From contig JBBRSS010000006.1 of NCBI GenBank assembly GCA_038245115.1, positions 1-57,436 of the forward strand: a DNA stretch of 57,436 nucleotides, written 5' to 3'. The notes under the pieces were generated by a model, which saw only the letters and a program-made list of their open reading frames with translations, was not told the origin of the DNA and did not search any database. The stretch comes from Candidatus Saccharimonadia bacterium (GTDB taxonomy: Bacteria; Patescibacteriota; Saccharimonadia; UBA4664). Numbering within the stretch: position 1 is the stretch's first letter; every line of letters starts with the position of its first letter. This document shows, piece after piece, positions 25,622-33,718 of the stretch. The position numbers and the translations under genes were made by a program.

Positions 25622-26916
25622 AAGTAAATCAGACCACGCTAGATAACGGATTAAGAATTGTAACGGCCGGCTTGGCCGATGCGCGCAGTGTGACGGTAAA
25701 TATTGTAGTCGGTACAGGTTCAAGGTTTGAGGAATATGCCACGAACGGTGGAGTGTCGCACTTTTTGGAACACCTGCTGTTTAAGGGGTCCAAGAAGTAT
25801 CCGACTGCGCAGGCGATAGCCGAGGCGGTTGATGCGGTGGGTGGGTATAACAATGCTTATACGACCGAAGATGTAACCTCGTTTTATATTAAAGTGCCGG
25901 CACGTTACGGCACATTGGCGCTGGATATATTGAGCGATATGGTGAAGAGTCCGCTGCTGGACGCCACCGAGCTCGATCGTGAGCGTGACGTAGTTATTGA
26001 AGAAATGAATGTGTTTCGGGATGATCCGTCGCGGTTTATTGGCACGTTGGTGCCGAGTTTGATTTTCCCGGATAATCCGTTGGGTCGGGACATTATTGGC
26101 TCAGAAGAGGTGATTAAGACGGTGTCGCGGGACGAGATAGTGAAGTATTTATCACAACGATATCGCCCGAATAACTTGGTTGTAGCAGTAGCTGGCGCGG
26201 TGGATCATGAAGATGTGGTGGCCCAGATGCGCGCTAGCCTGGGCAGCCTGGAGTCGGCAGAGCTGGCGCCGATCGTGTCCGTGGATGCTGAGTTGGGCGA
26301 TGAACTGGCGGTGACCCATGCCAAGCCGACGGCGCAGGCGCACTTTATGGTGGCGTCGCGCGGGTATGCCTATGAGGATCCGGATGAGCCGGCGGCCAGG
26401 TTGGTGGCGGCGATTTTGGGCCGGGGCATGAGCTCGCGGTTGTTCACGAATGTGCGGGAACGGCAGGGCCTAGCTTACACGGTGTTTGCCGAAGTGAATC
26501 CGTTTGTGGATACGGGGTTGTTTGAAGCTTACGCGGGTGTTAATCTCGATAAGATCGAGCGGGCGCTCGATTCGGTGCTGCACGAGCTGGAGGTGATTCG
26601 GACTGAAACGGTGGGTGTGACCGAGCTTGATAAAGCCAAGCAGCAATTGATTGCCGGGCTTGAGATGAGCCTGGAGAGCAACGGCAGCATTGCGGACCGC
26701 ATCGGGACGCAGCTAGCGCTGCTGGGGACTGTGAAGTCGATCGAGGAGACAATTGAGCGTATCGAGGCGGTGACCGCGAGTGATGTGCGCCGGGTGGCCG
26801 AGGCTATGCTTAATCCCGCGAGACTGAGATTTGCGATTATTGCCCCCGAGCCCGAAGCGGCCAAGCAGCATTTTATTGAATATGTTAATAAGACCAAGGA
26901 GAAAGCAGAGCTATGA
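25618..26916 (+). CDS. M16-family zinc peptidase (pitrilysin-like)
   Basis: HFLEHLLFKGS (HxxEH zinc motif). 432 aa. TTG start overlapping the dedA stop. Confidence 0.85.
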   Translation: MKVNQTTLDNGLRIVTAGLADARSVTVNIVVGTGSRFEEYATNGGVSHFLEHLLFKGSKKYPTAQAIAEAVDAVGGYNNAYTTEDVTSFYIKVPARYGTLALDILSDMVKSPLLDATELDRERDVVIEEMNVFRDDPSRFIGTLVPSLIFPDNPLGRDIIGSEEVIKTVSRDEIVKYLSQRYRPNNLVVAVAGAVDHEDVVAQMRASLGSLESAELAPIVSVDAELGDELAVTHAKPTAQAHFMVASRGYAYEDPDEPAARLVAAILGRGMSSRLFTNVRERQGLAYTVFAEVNPFVDTGLFEAYAGVNLDKIERALDSVLHELEVIRTETVGVTELDKAKQQLIAGLEMSLESNGSIADRIGTQLALLGTVKSIEETIERIEAVTASDVRRVAEAMLNPARLRFAIIAPEPEAAKQHFIEYVNKTKEKAEL

Positions 26917-27542
26917 GCAACATTGATCATCCGGTAATTAAGGGTATCCGAGAGCAGCGGACATTTTGCATGATAAAGCCCGATGGCGTGGCTCGCGGCT
27001 TGGTAGGGGAAATTGTGCTGCGTATTGAGAAGGCCGGCCTAAAAGTAGTGGCAATGAAGATGATGAGCGCCACCGAGGAGCAGGTCGTGGCGCATTACCC
27101 AATGAGCGATCAGGCTTGGGTTGATCGGCTGGGAGACAAGGGATTGAGTACTTTTAAGGAATTGGAGCTGGATCCGGTGGAGCACTTGGGATCAAGCGAC
27201 AGGAGCGTGGTCGGCAAAAGCGTCGCCCGGAGTTTAGTTGGCTACATGACCAGTGGTCCGATAGTTGCGATGGTGGTTGAGGGGCTCCAGTCTATCGACA
27301 TGGTGCGTAAATTGGCCGGCAATACACTGCCTGCAAAGGCAACCGTGGGAACTATTCGTGGTGATTTCTCGGTAGATACCCCCGCTATTGCAAACGTTCA
27401 AGGCCGAGCGCTACACAATTTGTTCCATGCCAGTGAGAATCCCGAAGAGGCAGCAAACGAAATTAAGCTTTGGTTTAAAGATAATGAGGTCCAGTCGTAC
27501 AAGCGAGTGGCCGAGGACTTAATGTTCACCAAGACGTACTAA
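26913..27542 (+). CDS. ndk: Nucleoside diphosphate kinase with an internal insertion
   Basis: RTFCMIKPDGV, GTIRGDF and NLFHASEN (catalytic His). 209 aa, versus ~140-150 aa for typical Ndk (from general knowledge), with extra sequence between HYP and YMTSGPIVAMVVEG. Confidence 0.85.
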   Translation: MSNIDHPVIKGIREQRTFCMIKPDGVARGLVGEIVLRIEKAGLKVVAMKMMSATEEQVVAHYPMSDQAWVDRLGDKGLSTFKELELDPVEHLGSSDRSVVGKSVARSLVGYMTSGPIVAMVVEGLQSIDMVRKLAGNTLPAKATVGTIRGDFSVDTPAIANVQGRALHNLFHASENPEEAANEIKLWFKDNEVQSYKRVAEDLMFTKTY

Positions 27543-27565
27543 CGCGTCTTGAGTTGATTGCTGAG

Positions 27566-28141
27566 ATGGAAGAATACGAAGTTAAATATTTGAATATCGA
27601 CCACAAGGTGATTGAGCATAAAGTCTTGTCGCTTGGTGGGGAGAAGGTGTTTGACCGGATATATCACCGGGCGGTATTTGACTACCCGGATTTGCGCCTG
27701 GATAAGCAAAAATCTTGGGTGCGAGTTCGCGATGAGGGTGATAAAGTGACGCTTGGTTATAAGCAGCGAATCGATAGCCCCGATAATGGTGATTCCGCAA
27801 ACGACGGCGGAATGATCGAAGAAGAAGTTGTCGTGAGCGACTTTGAGACAACCTGTACGATTTTGCGCCAGATTGGGCTGGTGGATAAATTCTTCTTTGA
27901 GAACCGTCGGGTCAGGTATCTGTTGGACGGCGTGGAAGTTGACGTGGATTATTGGCCTCAATTGGAGCCGTATCTGGAGATCGAGGGAAAATCGTGGGCG
28001 GAAGTGGACGAGACGATCGCAAAGCTCGAGCTTGATCCCGGTGACAAGAAAATATTTTCTACGACGCAGGTTTATAAAATGGCCGGTATTAATGATAAAG
28101 ATTATAGTCGGATTACATTTACCGAAATGGTGAAGAAATAG
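27566..28141 (+). CDS. CYTH-domain protein (CyaB/thiamine-triphosphatase-like)
   Basis: N-terminal MEEYEVKYL (the ExExK signature of CYTH). ~191 aa. The ORF track start is TTG 27554. Confidence 0.7.
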   Translation: MEEYEVKYLNIDHKVIEHKVLSLGGEKVFDRIYHRAVFDYPDLRLDKQKSWVRVRDEGDKVTLGYKQRIDSPDNGDSANDGGMIEEEVVVSDFETTCTILRQIGLVDKFFFENRRVRYLLDGVEVDVDYWPQLEPYLEIEGKSWAEVDETIAKLELDPGDKKIFSTTQVYKMAGINDKDYSRITFTEMVKK

Positions 28142-28340
28142 AGGGTCAGCTCTTTCTTAAATAGACCAAGTTTGAGTTCAAGAATACCGCTACCGCGAAA
28201 GGTAATATACACCTAAGCGTTAGCGGTATAGCTTTATCCAAACATAAGGACTATGATTTTGTATTATTAGCTCTCTGACAATCTAGTTCTTTCCGTTAGA
28301 AGAGCTGAACCGCGACCCGAGAAAGAGAAGGAGACACCCC

Positions 28341-28967
28341 ATGTTCAATGGTCAATGGGAGGATGCCTCCCGGGCACTTTCCGAAGTCAAAACCGTCATT
28401 GGTCCCGACGGTGTACTGCCCAAGGTCCGCCCCGCACTTGGCTCTGAGCACTCTTGCGAGCATGTTCACTCCGATTTTGGCCAATACAACCCAAAGGAGC
28501 TAACGCCTATCCAGGCTGCTTTCGTTCGGCTTCCGTGCTTCATGGTGAGCCTGAGCGACCGAGGCGGTAGGTATGGCTTGACTCCCGAGGAGCACATCTG
28601 GCTTCATCGGCATGTCGGATCGCCTCCGATGCCGTCACAAGACGACATGATGGAGGCTATGCGTACCCACACGGAGGCTCTCGAAGCCAATGTGAGGTGC
28701 CCGAATTGCCTTACCACCAACGAGTACAGGGAGACTTATCTCAAGGTGTCGCTGCCTATGACGCCACTCGAGAAGGTCAAGAGTCTCCTTGGCTTTACGA
28801 CCATCAGAGAAACAGAGATGTTTCTGGCCGATCTCGGCATAAGTGCCGAAGACGCCGTGCTGATCCTCAAGAAGCTTCCGTCCATCGAGGGCTTGAAGCT
28901 TTGGCTGGCATCTGAGTTGAGTCGTTCCTCGACTCTACCCAGCCCTTCTCAGGACACATTGTTCTGA
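28341..28967 (+). CDS. Hypothetical protein (orphan)
   Basis: ATG preceded by a strong RBS GAAGGAGAC. 208 aa of balanced composition. No motif recognised apart from a CPNC pair. Confidence 0.6.
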   Translation: MFNGQWEDASRALSEVKTVIGPDGVLPKVRPALGSEHSCEHVHSDFGQYNPKELTPIQAAFVRLPCFMVSLSDRGGRYGLTPEEHIWLHRHVGSPPMPSQDDMMEAMRTHTEALEANVRCPNCLTTNEYRETYLKVSLPMTPLEKVKSLLGFTTIRETEMFLADLGISAEDAVLILKKLPSIEGLKLWLASELSRSSTLPSPSQDTLF

Positions 28968-29019
28968 CATTCTCGATCTAATTCATCCCTTATGCCCTAG
29001 GGCAGATTGGAGAGTTTCT

Positions 29020-29060
29020 GAGCCTCGTAGTGGTGTGCAATTTGCATCGCTACGAGGCTC
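29020..29060 (+). terminator. Strong hairpin downstream of ORF 28341-28967
   Basis: 11-bp stem gagcctcgtag/ctacgaggctc with an inner tgcaa-t-ttgca palindrome. Weak T tract. Confidence 0.4.
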
Positions 29061-29255
29061 TCTTGGTGCAAATTTATATTCGGAGAGTAGCAATTATTTC
29101 GCGTAAACGGTAGCTGCGAATCTAGTGCTTGCCGGATTATTGATGGTGCCCCAGTCGGCAATGTCGCTGCGCGACCTGCTTCGCAGCCGAACCGGCCTGG
29201 TTCGATTCCTATGATATTCATTAAAAAAGAGCCACATAAAGTGACTCGTTTTTAA

Positions 29256-29331
29256 TGGTGCCCCAGGAGGGAATCGAACCCCCGACGCTCTCCTTAGGAC
29301 GGAGACGCTCTATCCACTGAGCTACTGAGGC
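29256..29331 (-). tRNA. tRNA-Arg (anticodon CCU), copy 1
   Basis: rc = GCCTCAG TA GCTC AGTGGATA GAGC G TCTCC GTCCTAA GGAGA GCGTC GGGGG TTCGATT CCCTC CTGGGGC A CCA. The full cloverleaf was folded by hand. Confidence 0.9.
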
Positions 29332-29370
29332 AGGCACAACAGATTATAGCCTGTGATGTACAATTAAACC

Positions 29371-29763
29371 ATGAGCGGATCGAAATCAGCTAACGAAAAA
29401 CAGTTTCCGGGGCAGCACGATGGCGAGGTGGTGCAGTTGGTGTTTCGGCAGCATCCGCTGGTGATGCGCAAGGTGCTGGTTATTGGCTTGCTGGTGAAAA
29501 TTATGCTCGGTGTGGTGGTTTTGGTGCTGGCAGGGTGGTTTTACCGATGGATGGGCTGGTACTACTCTCTATGTCTAGTAACAGATCGGCGCATTCTCGT
29601 AATAAAGCAAAAAGGGTTCTTTAACCTCACGGTCGATGAGTGGCAACTCGACGGCATATCGAACGTGAATTACCACATTGGTGCGGCATCATTAAACAGG
29701 TTAGAACGATACTTCGGAGTTATAACGCCACCACTGGCTAAGCGGCTAGCTTTTCTTGTATAA
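29371..29763 (+). CDS. bPH (YdbS-like PH-domain) membrane protein, shortened paralog of ORF 31536-32075 (possibly decaying)
   Basis: N-terminus FPGQHDGEVVQLVFRQHPLVMRK and core WYYSLCLVTDRRILVIKQKGFF..DEWQL..ISNVNYHI match the paralog. It lacks ~24 aa of the TM region. The C-terminus is unrelated and overlaps the murB-like gene. Confidence 0.55.
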   Translation: MSGSKSANEKQFPGQHDGEVVQLVFRQHPLVMRKVLVIGLLVKIMLGVVVLVLAGWFYRWMGWYYSLCLVTDRRILVIKQKGFFNLTVDEWQLDGISNVNYHIGAASLNRLERYFGVITPPLAKRLAFLV

Positions 29764-30760
29764 ATTCTTCGATCGTATACGACCCTTTGCGCCCAATGAT
29801 GTCTACTTCCATGCGAGGATTAAAATTGTAGGCAAATTTTAGTGACCGTAGTGTTACATTAAGTAGTAGTGCTACGTCGCGATCGGTCGTTGTGGTGGTC
29901 GTTCGGAGAAACGCCATTCTTGGCGTGAATGAAGCGCCATTGATATTGAGATCCGTTAATTTTTGACTGGGGTGGCCTACGACTGGGCAGTTGACGACAA
30001 GGTCGCGTACCAAAGTTTTTTCTTTTATTATGTTCTGAAGACGCTCAGGCAATAGAGCACTAGCAAAAAAGGATCCAGCAGTACCCCCGCCCTCCTCGTC
30101 ACTAATTTTTCTAGCTGCATAGCGATCCTGGATTTTTTGCTTGATCTTGTCCGGCGCGCCCTTCGGCGGTAGTAGCTCAATCATTCTGATCAAGTATCTA
30201 GAGCTCGCTTTAGTTTCATCTTTGAGTCTATTGGATCGCCAACTAAAGAAGCTCTCATTATGCTCAAGATCCAATGTTTTTACAGTGCCATTCGTAAAAT
30301 CAAAAACCTCAATACTCTTAGTGATTTCTCCAATATTCCGCTTCCACACGGATGAACCGGCATTGCCATAGACGGCTCCACCGACAGTTCCTGGTATACC
30401 GGCTAGTACGCTCATATCATAGCCGTATTCAGCGGCTTGATTTACGATATGATCTAGTGAAACGCCCGGCGCGGAAACTATTTTTTCATCATCAATAATG
30501 GCGTCAGCATCAGGGTAATCAATTTTTACGACTATACCATCAAAGTAATCACCGCTGATCAGTAGATTAGTGCCTGCGCCGATTATCTTAATTGGTAGCG
30601 ATTCTTTCTTGGATTCCTGATAGATTGCCTGCCAGAATTCCAGCGTGTCATCTTCGATATTATCAATCACGTAGACAAGGCAAGCGCTACCGACGCTGGC
30701 TTTCTTATAATTTGAAAAATGAATATTGCCAGATAATTTCGTATTGTGAAGTGCTATCAT
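29738..30760 (-). CDS. murB: UDP-N-acetylenolpyruvoylglucosamine reductase-like protein (divergent MurB)
   Basis: 340 aa. IIGAGTNLLIS, LAGIPGTVGGAVYGNAGS and GTAGSFFAS resemble the MurB FAD-binding and catalytic-Ser motifs. Clearly lower GC than the surroundings. Confidence 0.7.
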   Translation of the reverse strand: MIALHNTKLSGNIHFSNYKKASVGSACLVYVIDNIEDDTLEFWQAIYQESKKESLPIKIIGAGTNLLISGDYFDGIVVKIDYPDADAIIDDEKIVSAPGVSLDHIVNQAAEYGYDMSVLAGIPGTVGGAVYGNAGSSVWKRNIGEITKSIEVFDFTNGTVKTLDLEHNESFFSWRSNRLKDETKASSRYLIRMIELLPPKGAPDKIKQKIQDRYAARKISDEEGGGTAGSFFASALLPERLQNIIKEKTLVRDLVVNCPVVGHPSQKLTDLNINGASFTPRMAFLRTTTTTTDRDVALLLNVTLRSLKFAYNFNPRMEVDIIGRKGSYTIEEFIQEKLAA

Positions 30761-30800
30761 GGGATTTACTTTCAGTCTGTTACGTCTGATTGCTCTAAGC

Positions 30801-30875
30801 TGGTGCCCAGGAGGGAATCGAACCCCCGACGCTCTCCTTAGGACGGAGACGCTCTATCCACTGAGCTACTGAGGC
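30801..30875 (-). tRNA. tRNA-Arg (anticodon CCU), copy 2, with a 1-nt deletion in the 3' acceptor strand
   Basis: Identical to copy 1 except the plus strand reads tggtgccc-agg instead of tggtgccccagg. The 3' acceptor strand is CTGGGC, one G short, so the acceptor stem cannot pair fully. Confidence 0.75.
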
Positions 30876-30904
30876 GTGGTTTATATTATAACTGAAGATT
30901 GGGT

Positions 30905-30944
30905 ACGGAACCTGAGTGGCGGCGTGATGCCACCCAGGTTCCGT
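30905..30944 (-). terminator. GC-rich nested hairpin downstream of ORF 30998-31363
   Basis: 10-bp stem acggaacctg/caggttccgt enclosing gtggc/gccac. Confidence 0.45.
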
Positions 30945-30997
30945 CAGGTTGCCCTGAAGTTGGAAGGTCTGGAGGTGCCGGAGTTGGGCGGTTGTGC

Positions 30998-31363
30998 CTA
31001 GGCGGCGGCGTCCTCGAGTACCGAGTCGAGCTCGCCCCTTCTGGCTGCTGCCAGGAAGTCATCGAGCGCATGGGCGGTGATTTTGACCTGGCGGTCCGGG
31101 TCGAAGCGTACGTACAGGACGAAGCCCCCCGAGGGAACCGGTTCGATCTGGATGGCTCCGCTGAAGTTGTGGGTGACCAACCGTTTGATCTGTTCGATGA
31201 GCTCCAACAGGTAGGTGTGGTCGATTGCCAGTAGCGTGCCGGAGTTGTCGCCGATACCGACGAGGCGGTCGCCGATGGCGTGGACGGCATCGGTTAGAGG
31301 GTGTTGTTCATCGCAATCGATTATCGATTCGACCGCGGTCGTATGGCTCTGTGCAGTGCACAT
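30998..31363 (-). CDS. Hypothetical protein (orphan, GC-rich)
   Basis: 121 aa. It has the most protein-like composition of three overlapping ORFs here, and a hairpin follows its stop. Confidence 0.5.
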   Translation of the reverse strand: MCTAQSHTTAVESIIDCDEQHPLTDAVHAIGDRLVGIGDNSGTLLAIDHTYLLELIEQIKRLVTHNFSGAIQIEPVPSGGFVLYVRFDPDRQVKITAHALDDFLAAARRGELDSVLEDAAA

Positions 31364-31535
31364 TGTAGGTCTCTCTACTGCTTGATTGTCGGTCGTGCAC
31401 GGTGCGCGACAGGTTCCGTGGAACTCAAGACAGCCTCAGGAGATGACGCGATGCGTATATCCCGAGAGGCTGCCTTGAACATTAGAGTAAATGTTAAGTT
31501 GCACCTGTAACTCACCCCAATGATACAATCTAAGC

Positions 31536-32075
31536 ATGAGCAATAACAAATCGAAATCGGTGGCGGCGAAGGAATTCCCGGGGCAACACGATGGCGAAGT
31601 CGTAGAGTTGGTGTTTCGGCAGCATCCGTTGGTGATGCGTAAGACGCTGATAGGGGGATTGCTGGTCATTTTGCTGGCGGTATTGCCGCTGGATTTCCCT
31701 CAGGTTTACACTGTAGAGGGGCTGCCGGGGACGCTGGTAAAGGTGATGTGGGTGCTGGTGGCACTAGTGATTTTTCGATGGTTTTACCGCTGGGTGGGTT
31801 GGTACTACACCATATACATTGTGACCGACCGCAGGCTGCTGGTGATTAAGCAAAAAGGCTTTTTTGACCGCAAGGTGGATGAGTGGCAGCTCAACGTGAT
31901 TTCGAACGTTAATTATCATATTGCCGGGTTTCAAGCTGTATTGTTTGGCTTCGGCGATATAACGGCGCGGACGTATATTGGTGATTTGGAACTCAAGACA
32001 ATTCACAAGCCCGCGGAGATTCATGCGCAGCTGCTGGATGCAGTACGCAGGGGCGGCGGTGGGTCGACACAGTGA
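31536..32075 (+). CDS. bPH (YdbS-like PH-domain) membrane protein, full-length paralog
   Basis: 179 aa. Two TM segments, then YYTIYIVTDRRLLVIKQKGFFDRKVDEWQLNVISNVNYHIAGFQAVLFGFGDITARTYIG, a pattern typical of bacterial PH (bPH_2) proteins. Confidence 0.75.
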   Translation: MSNNKSKSVAAKEFPGQHDGEVVELVFRQHPLVMRKTLIGGLLVILLAVLPLDFPQVYTVEGLPGTLVKVMWVLVALVIFRWFYRWVGWYYTIYIVTDRRLLVIKQKGFFDRKVDEWQLNVISNVNYHIAGFQAVLFGFGDITARTYIGDLELKTIHKPAEIHAQLLDAVRRGGGGSTQ

Positions 32076-32114
32076 GTGAGATACGTTAGCATTATATCCA
32101 TATAATTACCGAAC

Positions 32115-33311
32115 TTGCTGGATGGGCGGGTTCAAGATGAGGAGTTTGTTTTGCCGAGTAATAATGACGAAGTCGCTAAAGACGAAGCTAAGCCCAAGGA
32201 TCCGGTGAAAAAGCCCAAAGCGCCCGCCAAATCGGCAGATGCCCCGAAGGTGAAGAAGACCGAAAAAGTCGAAAAGATTAACAAAGATGAAAAGGTTGAT
32301 GCCGCGCCGGTCGTGGAAGCTAAGGCCGAAGAGTCGGCAACGGTGGTCGACAAGTCTGAAGACACTGTGAGCGGCGCTGTAGCGCCCGTGAAGGCCCGCG
32401 ATATCCGTGGCCTAGCGGTGAAGGTGGCTGCCGTGGCAGTGAGTTTGGTCGTGGTGGTGGTGGTGATTTTCGGGGTACTGGTATATGCATACCGTAGTGA
32501 AAATCCGGCCGTGAAGGCGGTGGCAAAGGTGGTGCCATATCCGGTCGAACGGGTGAACGGCCATTTTGTGACGTATAACTCGTATTTGTTCGAAGTGGAT
32601 GCCAATAAGCGCGCGTACCAAAACAATGCCAAGCTCAACAATCAACCGGCGGTTGACTTTAATTCGGCCGATGGCAAGAAGTTGGTTGTTCAGATTAAAG
32701 AGCACGCACTCGAGAAATTGGCGAGCGACTCGCTGACGGCTCAAATTGCCTCGTCCAAGAAGGTGAAGGTGACCAACAAAGAGGTAGATGATTTGATTAA
32801 TCAGCTCTACCAGCGCTACGGTGGCAAAGATACGTTACTGAAGACTCTCAAGCAGATTTATGGTTGGGACATCGGGGATCTTAAGCAGGTGGTTTACAAG
32901 CAGCTACTGTCGAAGAACTTGGAAGACAAGGTAACTTCCGACCCAGCCGTGACGGCCGCCGCCAAGACCAAGGCGCAGAACGTACTCAAAGACATCAAGG
33001 GCGGGCAGGACTTCACTGAGGCGGCCAAGAAGAGCTCACAGGCCTCCGATGCGGCCAGTGGCGGTGATTTGGGCTTCTTCACCAAGGGACAGCTCCCAGA
33101 CGAGCTACAAAAGGCGGCCGAGGCCTTGCAGCCAGGCCAAGTGTCTGACCCAATTAAGGATCAGTACGGATTTGAGATCATCAAGGTCATCGAGAAAAAG
33201 GATGACGGTTCGATCCACGCTCAACACATTTTGATCAAGACAGTCGATTTCACCGAGTACTTCGCCGGTGAGCTCAAGAAGGCTAAGATCAACAAGTACA
33301 TCAAGGCCTAG
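32115..33311 (+). CDS. Membrane-anchored parvulin-type peptidyl-prolyl isomerase (PrsA/SurA-like)
   Basis: Lys-rich N-terminus, TM VAAVAVSLVVVVVVIFGVLVYAY, and a C-terminal PpiC domain (GGDLGFFTKGQLPDELQKAA...DQYGFEIIKV). The start is uncertain (TTG 32115, or TTG 32151 after GAGGAG). Confidence 0.8.
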   Translation: MLDGRVQDEEFVLPSNNDEVAKDEAKPKDPVKKPKAPAKSADAPKVKKTEKVEKINKDEKVDAAPVVEAKAEESATVVDKSEDTVSGAVAPVKARDIRGLAVKVAAVAVSLVVVVVVIFGVLVYAYRSENPAVKAVAKVVPYPVERVNGHFVTYNSYLFEVDANKRAYQNNAKLNNQPAVDFNSADGKKLVVQIKEHALEKLASDSLTAQIASSKKVKVTNKEVDDLINQLYQRYGGKDTLLKTLKQIYGWDIGDLKQVVYKQLLSKNLEDKVTSDPAVTAAAKTKAQNVLKDIKGGQDFTEAAKKSSQASDAASGGDLGFFTKGQLPDELQKAAEALQPGQVSDPIKDQYGFEIIKVIEKKDDGSIHAQHILIKTVDFTEYFAGELKKAKINKYIKA

Positions 33312-33403
33312 GCTTATTCCCCGGGCAAGATAGGGCGGCATGACGTCGCCAAGTCTTGCTCGGGGTGCCATTAGATGGTAGGATTACGAGGTTTTAAACC
33401 TAT

Positions 33404-33479
33404 GGGCTCGTAGTGAAGTGGTTATCACGCCTCCCTGTCACGGAGGAGATCGCCGGTTCGAAACCGGTCGAGCCCGCCA
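33404..33479 (+). tRNA. tRNA-Asp (anticodon GUC)
   Basis: GGGCTCG TA GTGA AGTGGTTA TCAC G CCTCC CTGTCAC GGAGG AGATC GCCGG TTCGAAA CCGGT CGAGCCC G CCA. Confidence 0.9.
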
Positions 33480-33487
33480 TGAAAAGT

Positions 33488-33511
33488 GCGTCACGTAAGT
33501 GGCGCTTTTTT
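33488..33511 (+). terminator. Rho-independent terminator after tRNA-Asp
   Basis: Stem gcgtcac/gtggcgc (one G-U pair), loop gtaa, then TTTTTT. Confidence 0.65.
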
Positions 33512-33576
33512 CATGCTGAGGTCTCGGTTGAGAACGTCGCGGTTCGGCGGAGCCAAGCTCGGAAGACGAAGCCGCT

Positions 33577-33594
33577 AACCGGTCGAGCCCGCCA
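33577..33594 (+). repeat. 18-bp direct repeat of the tRNA-Asp 3' end (att-like scar)
   Basis: aaccggtcgagcccgcca at 33577-33594 is identical to 33462-33479 (the last 18 nt of tRNA-Asp). Confidence 0.85.
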
Positions 33595-33628
33595 ATATGT
33601 ATATTTATCAATAATTATGTTATAAGTT

Positions 33629-33659
33629 ATCAATCACTCAAGGGAGTGATTGATTTTTG
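33629..33659 (+). terminator. Orphan terminator-like hairpin in the AT-rich spacer
   Basis: 10-bp stem atcaatcact/agtgattgat, loop caaggg, then TTTTTGTTT. No ORF lies upstream of it. Confidence 0.4.
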
Positions 33660-33718
33660 TTTGAAGCGCGGTTTTAGCGCTTCGGTCACCCATCGGTATC
33701 TTCATTTGAGGAGGAATT

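Noticed and set aside
28997-29221. 74-aa minus-strand ORF between ORF 28341-28967 and tRNA-Arg
   Set aside because: It overlaps a strong hairpin and tRNA-like debris, has no RBS and no motif. It is probably non-coding spacer.
33413-33625. 70-aa plus-strand ORF
   Set aside because: It spans tRNA-Asp, its terminator and the att-like repeat, so it is not a plausible protein gene.
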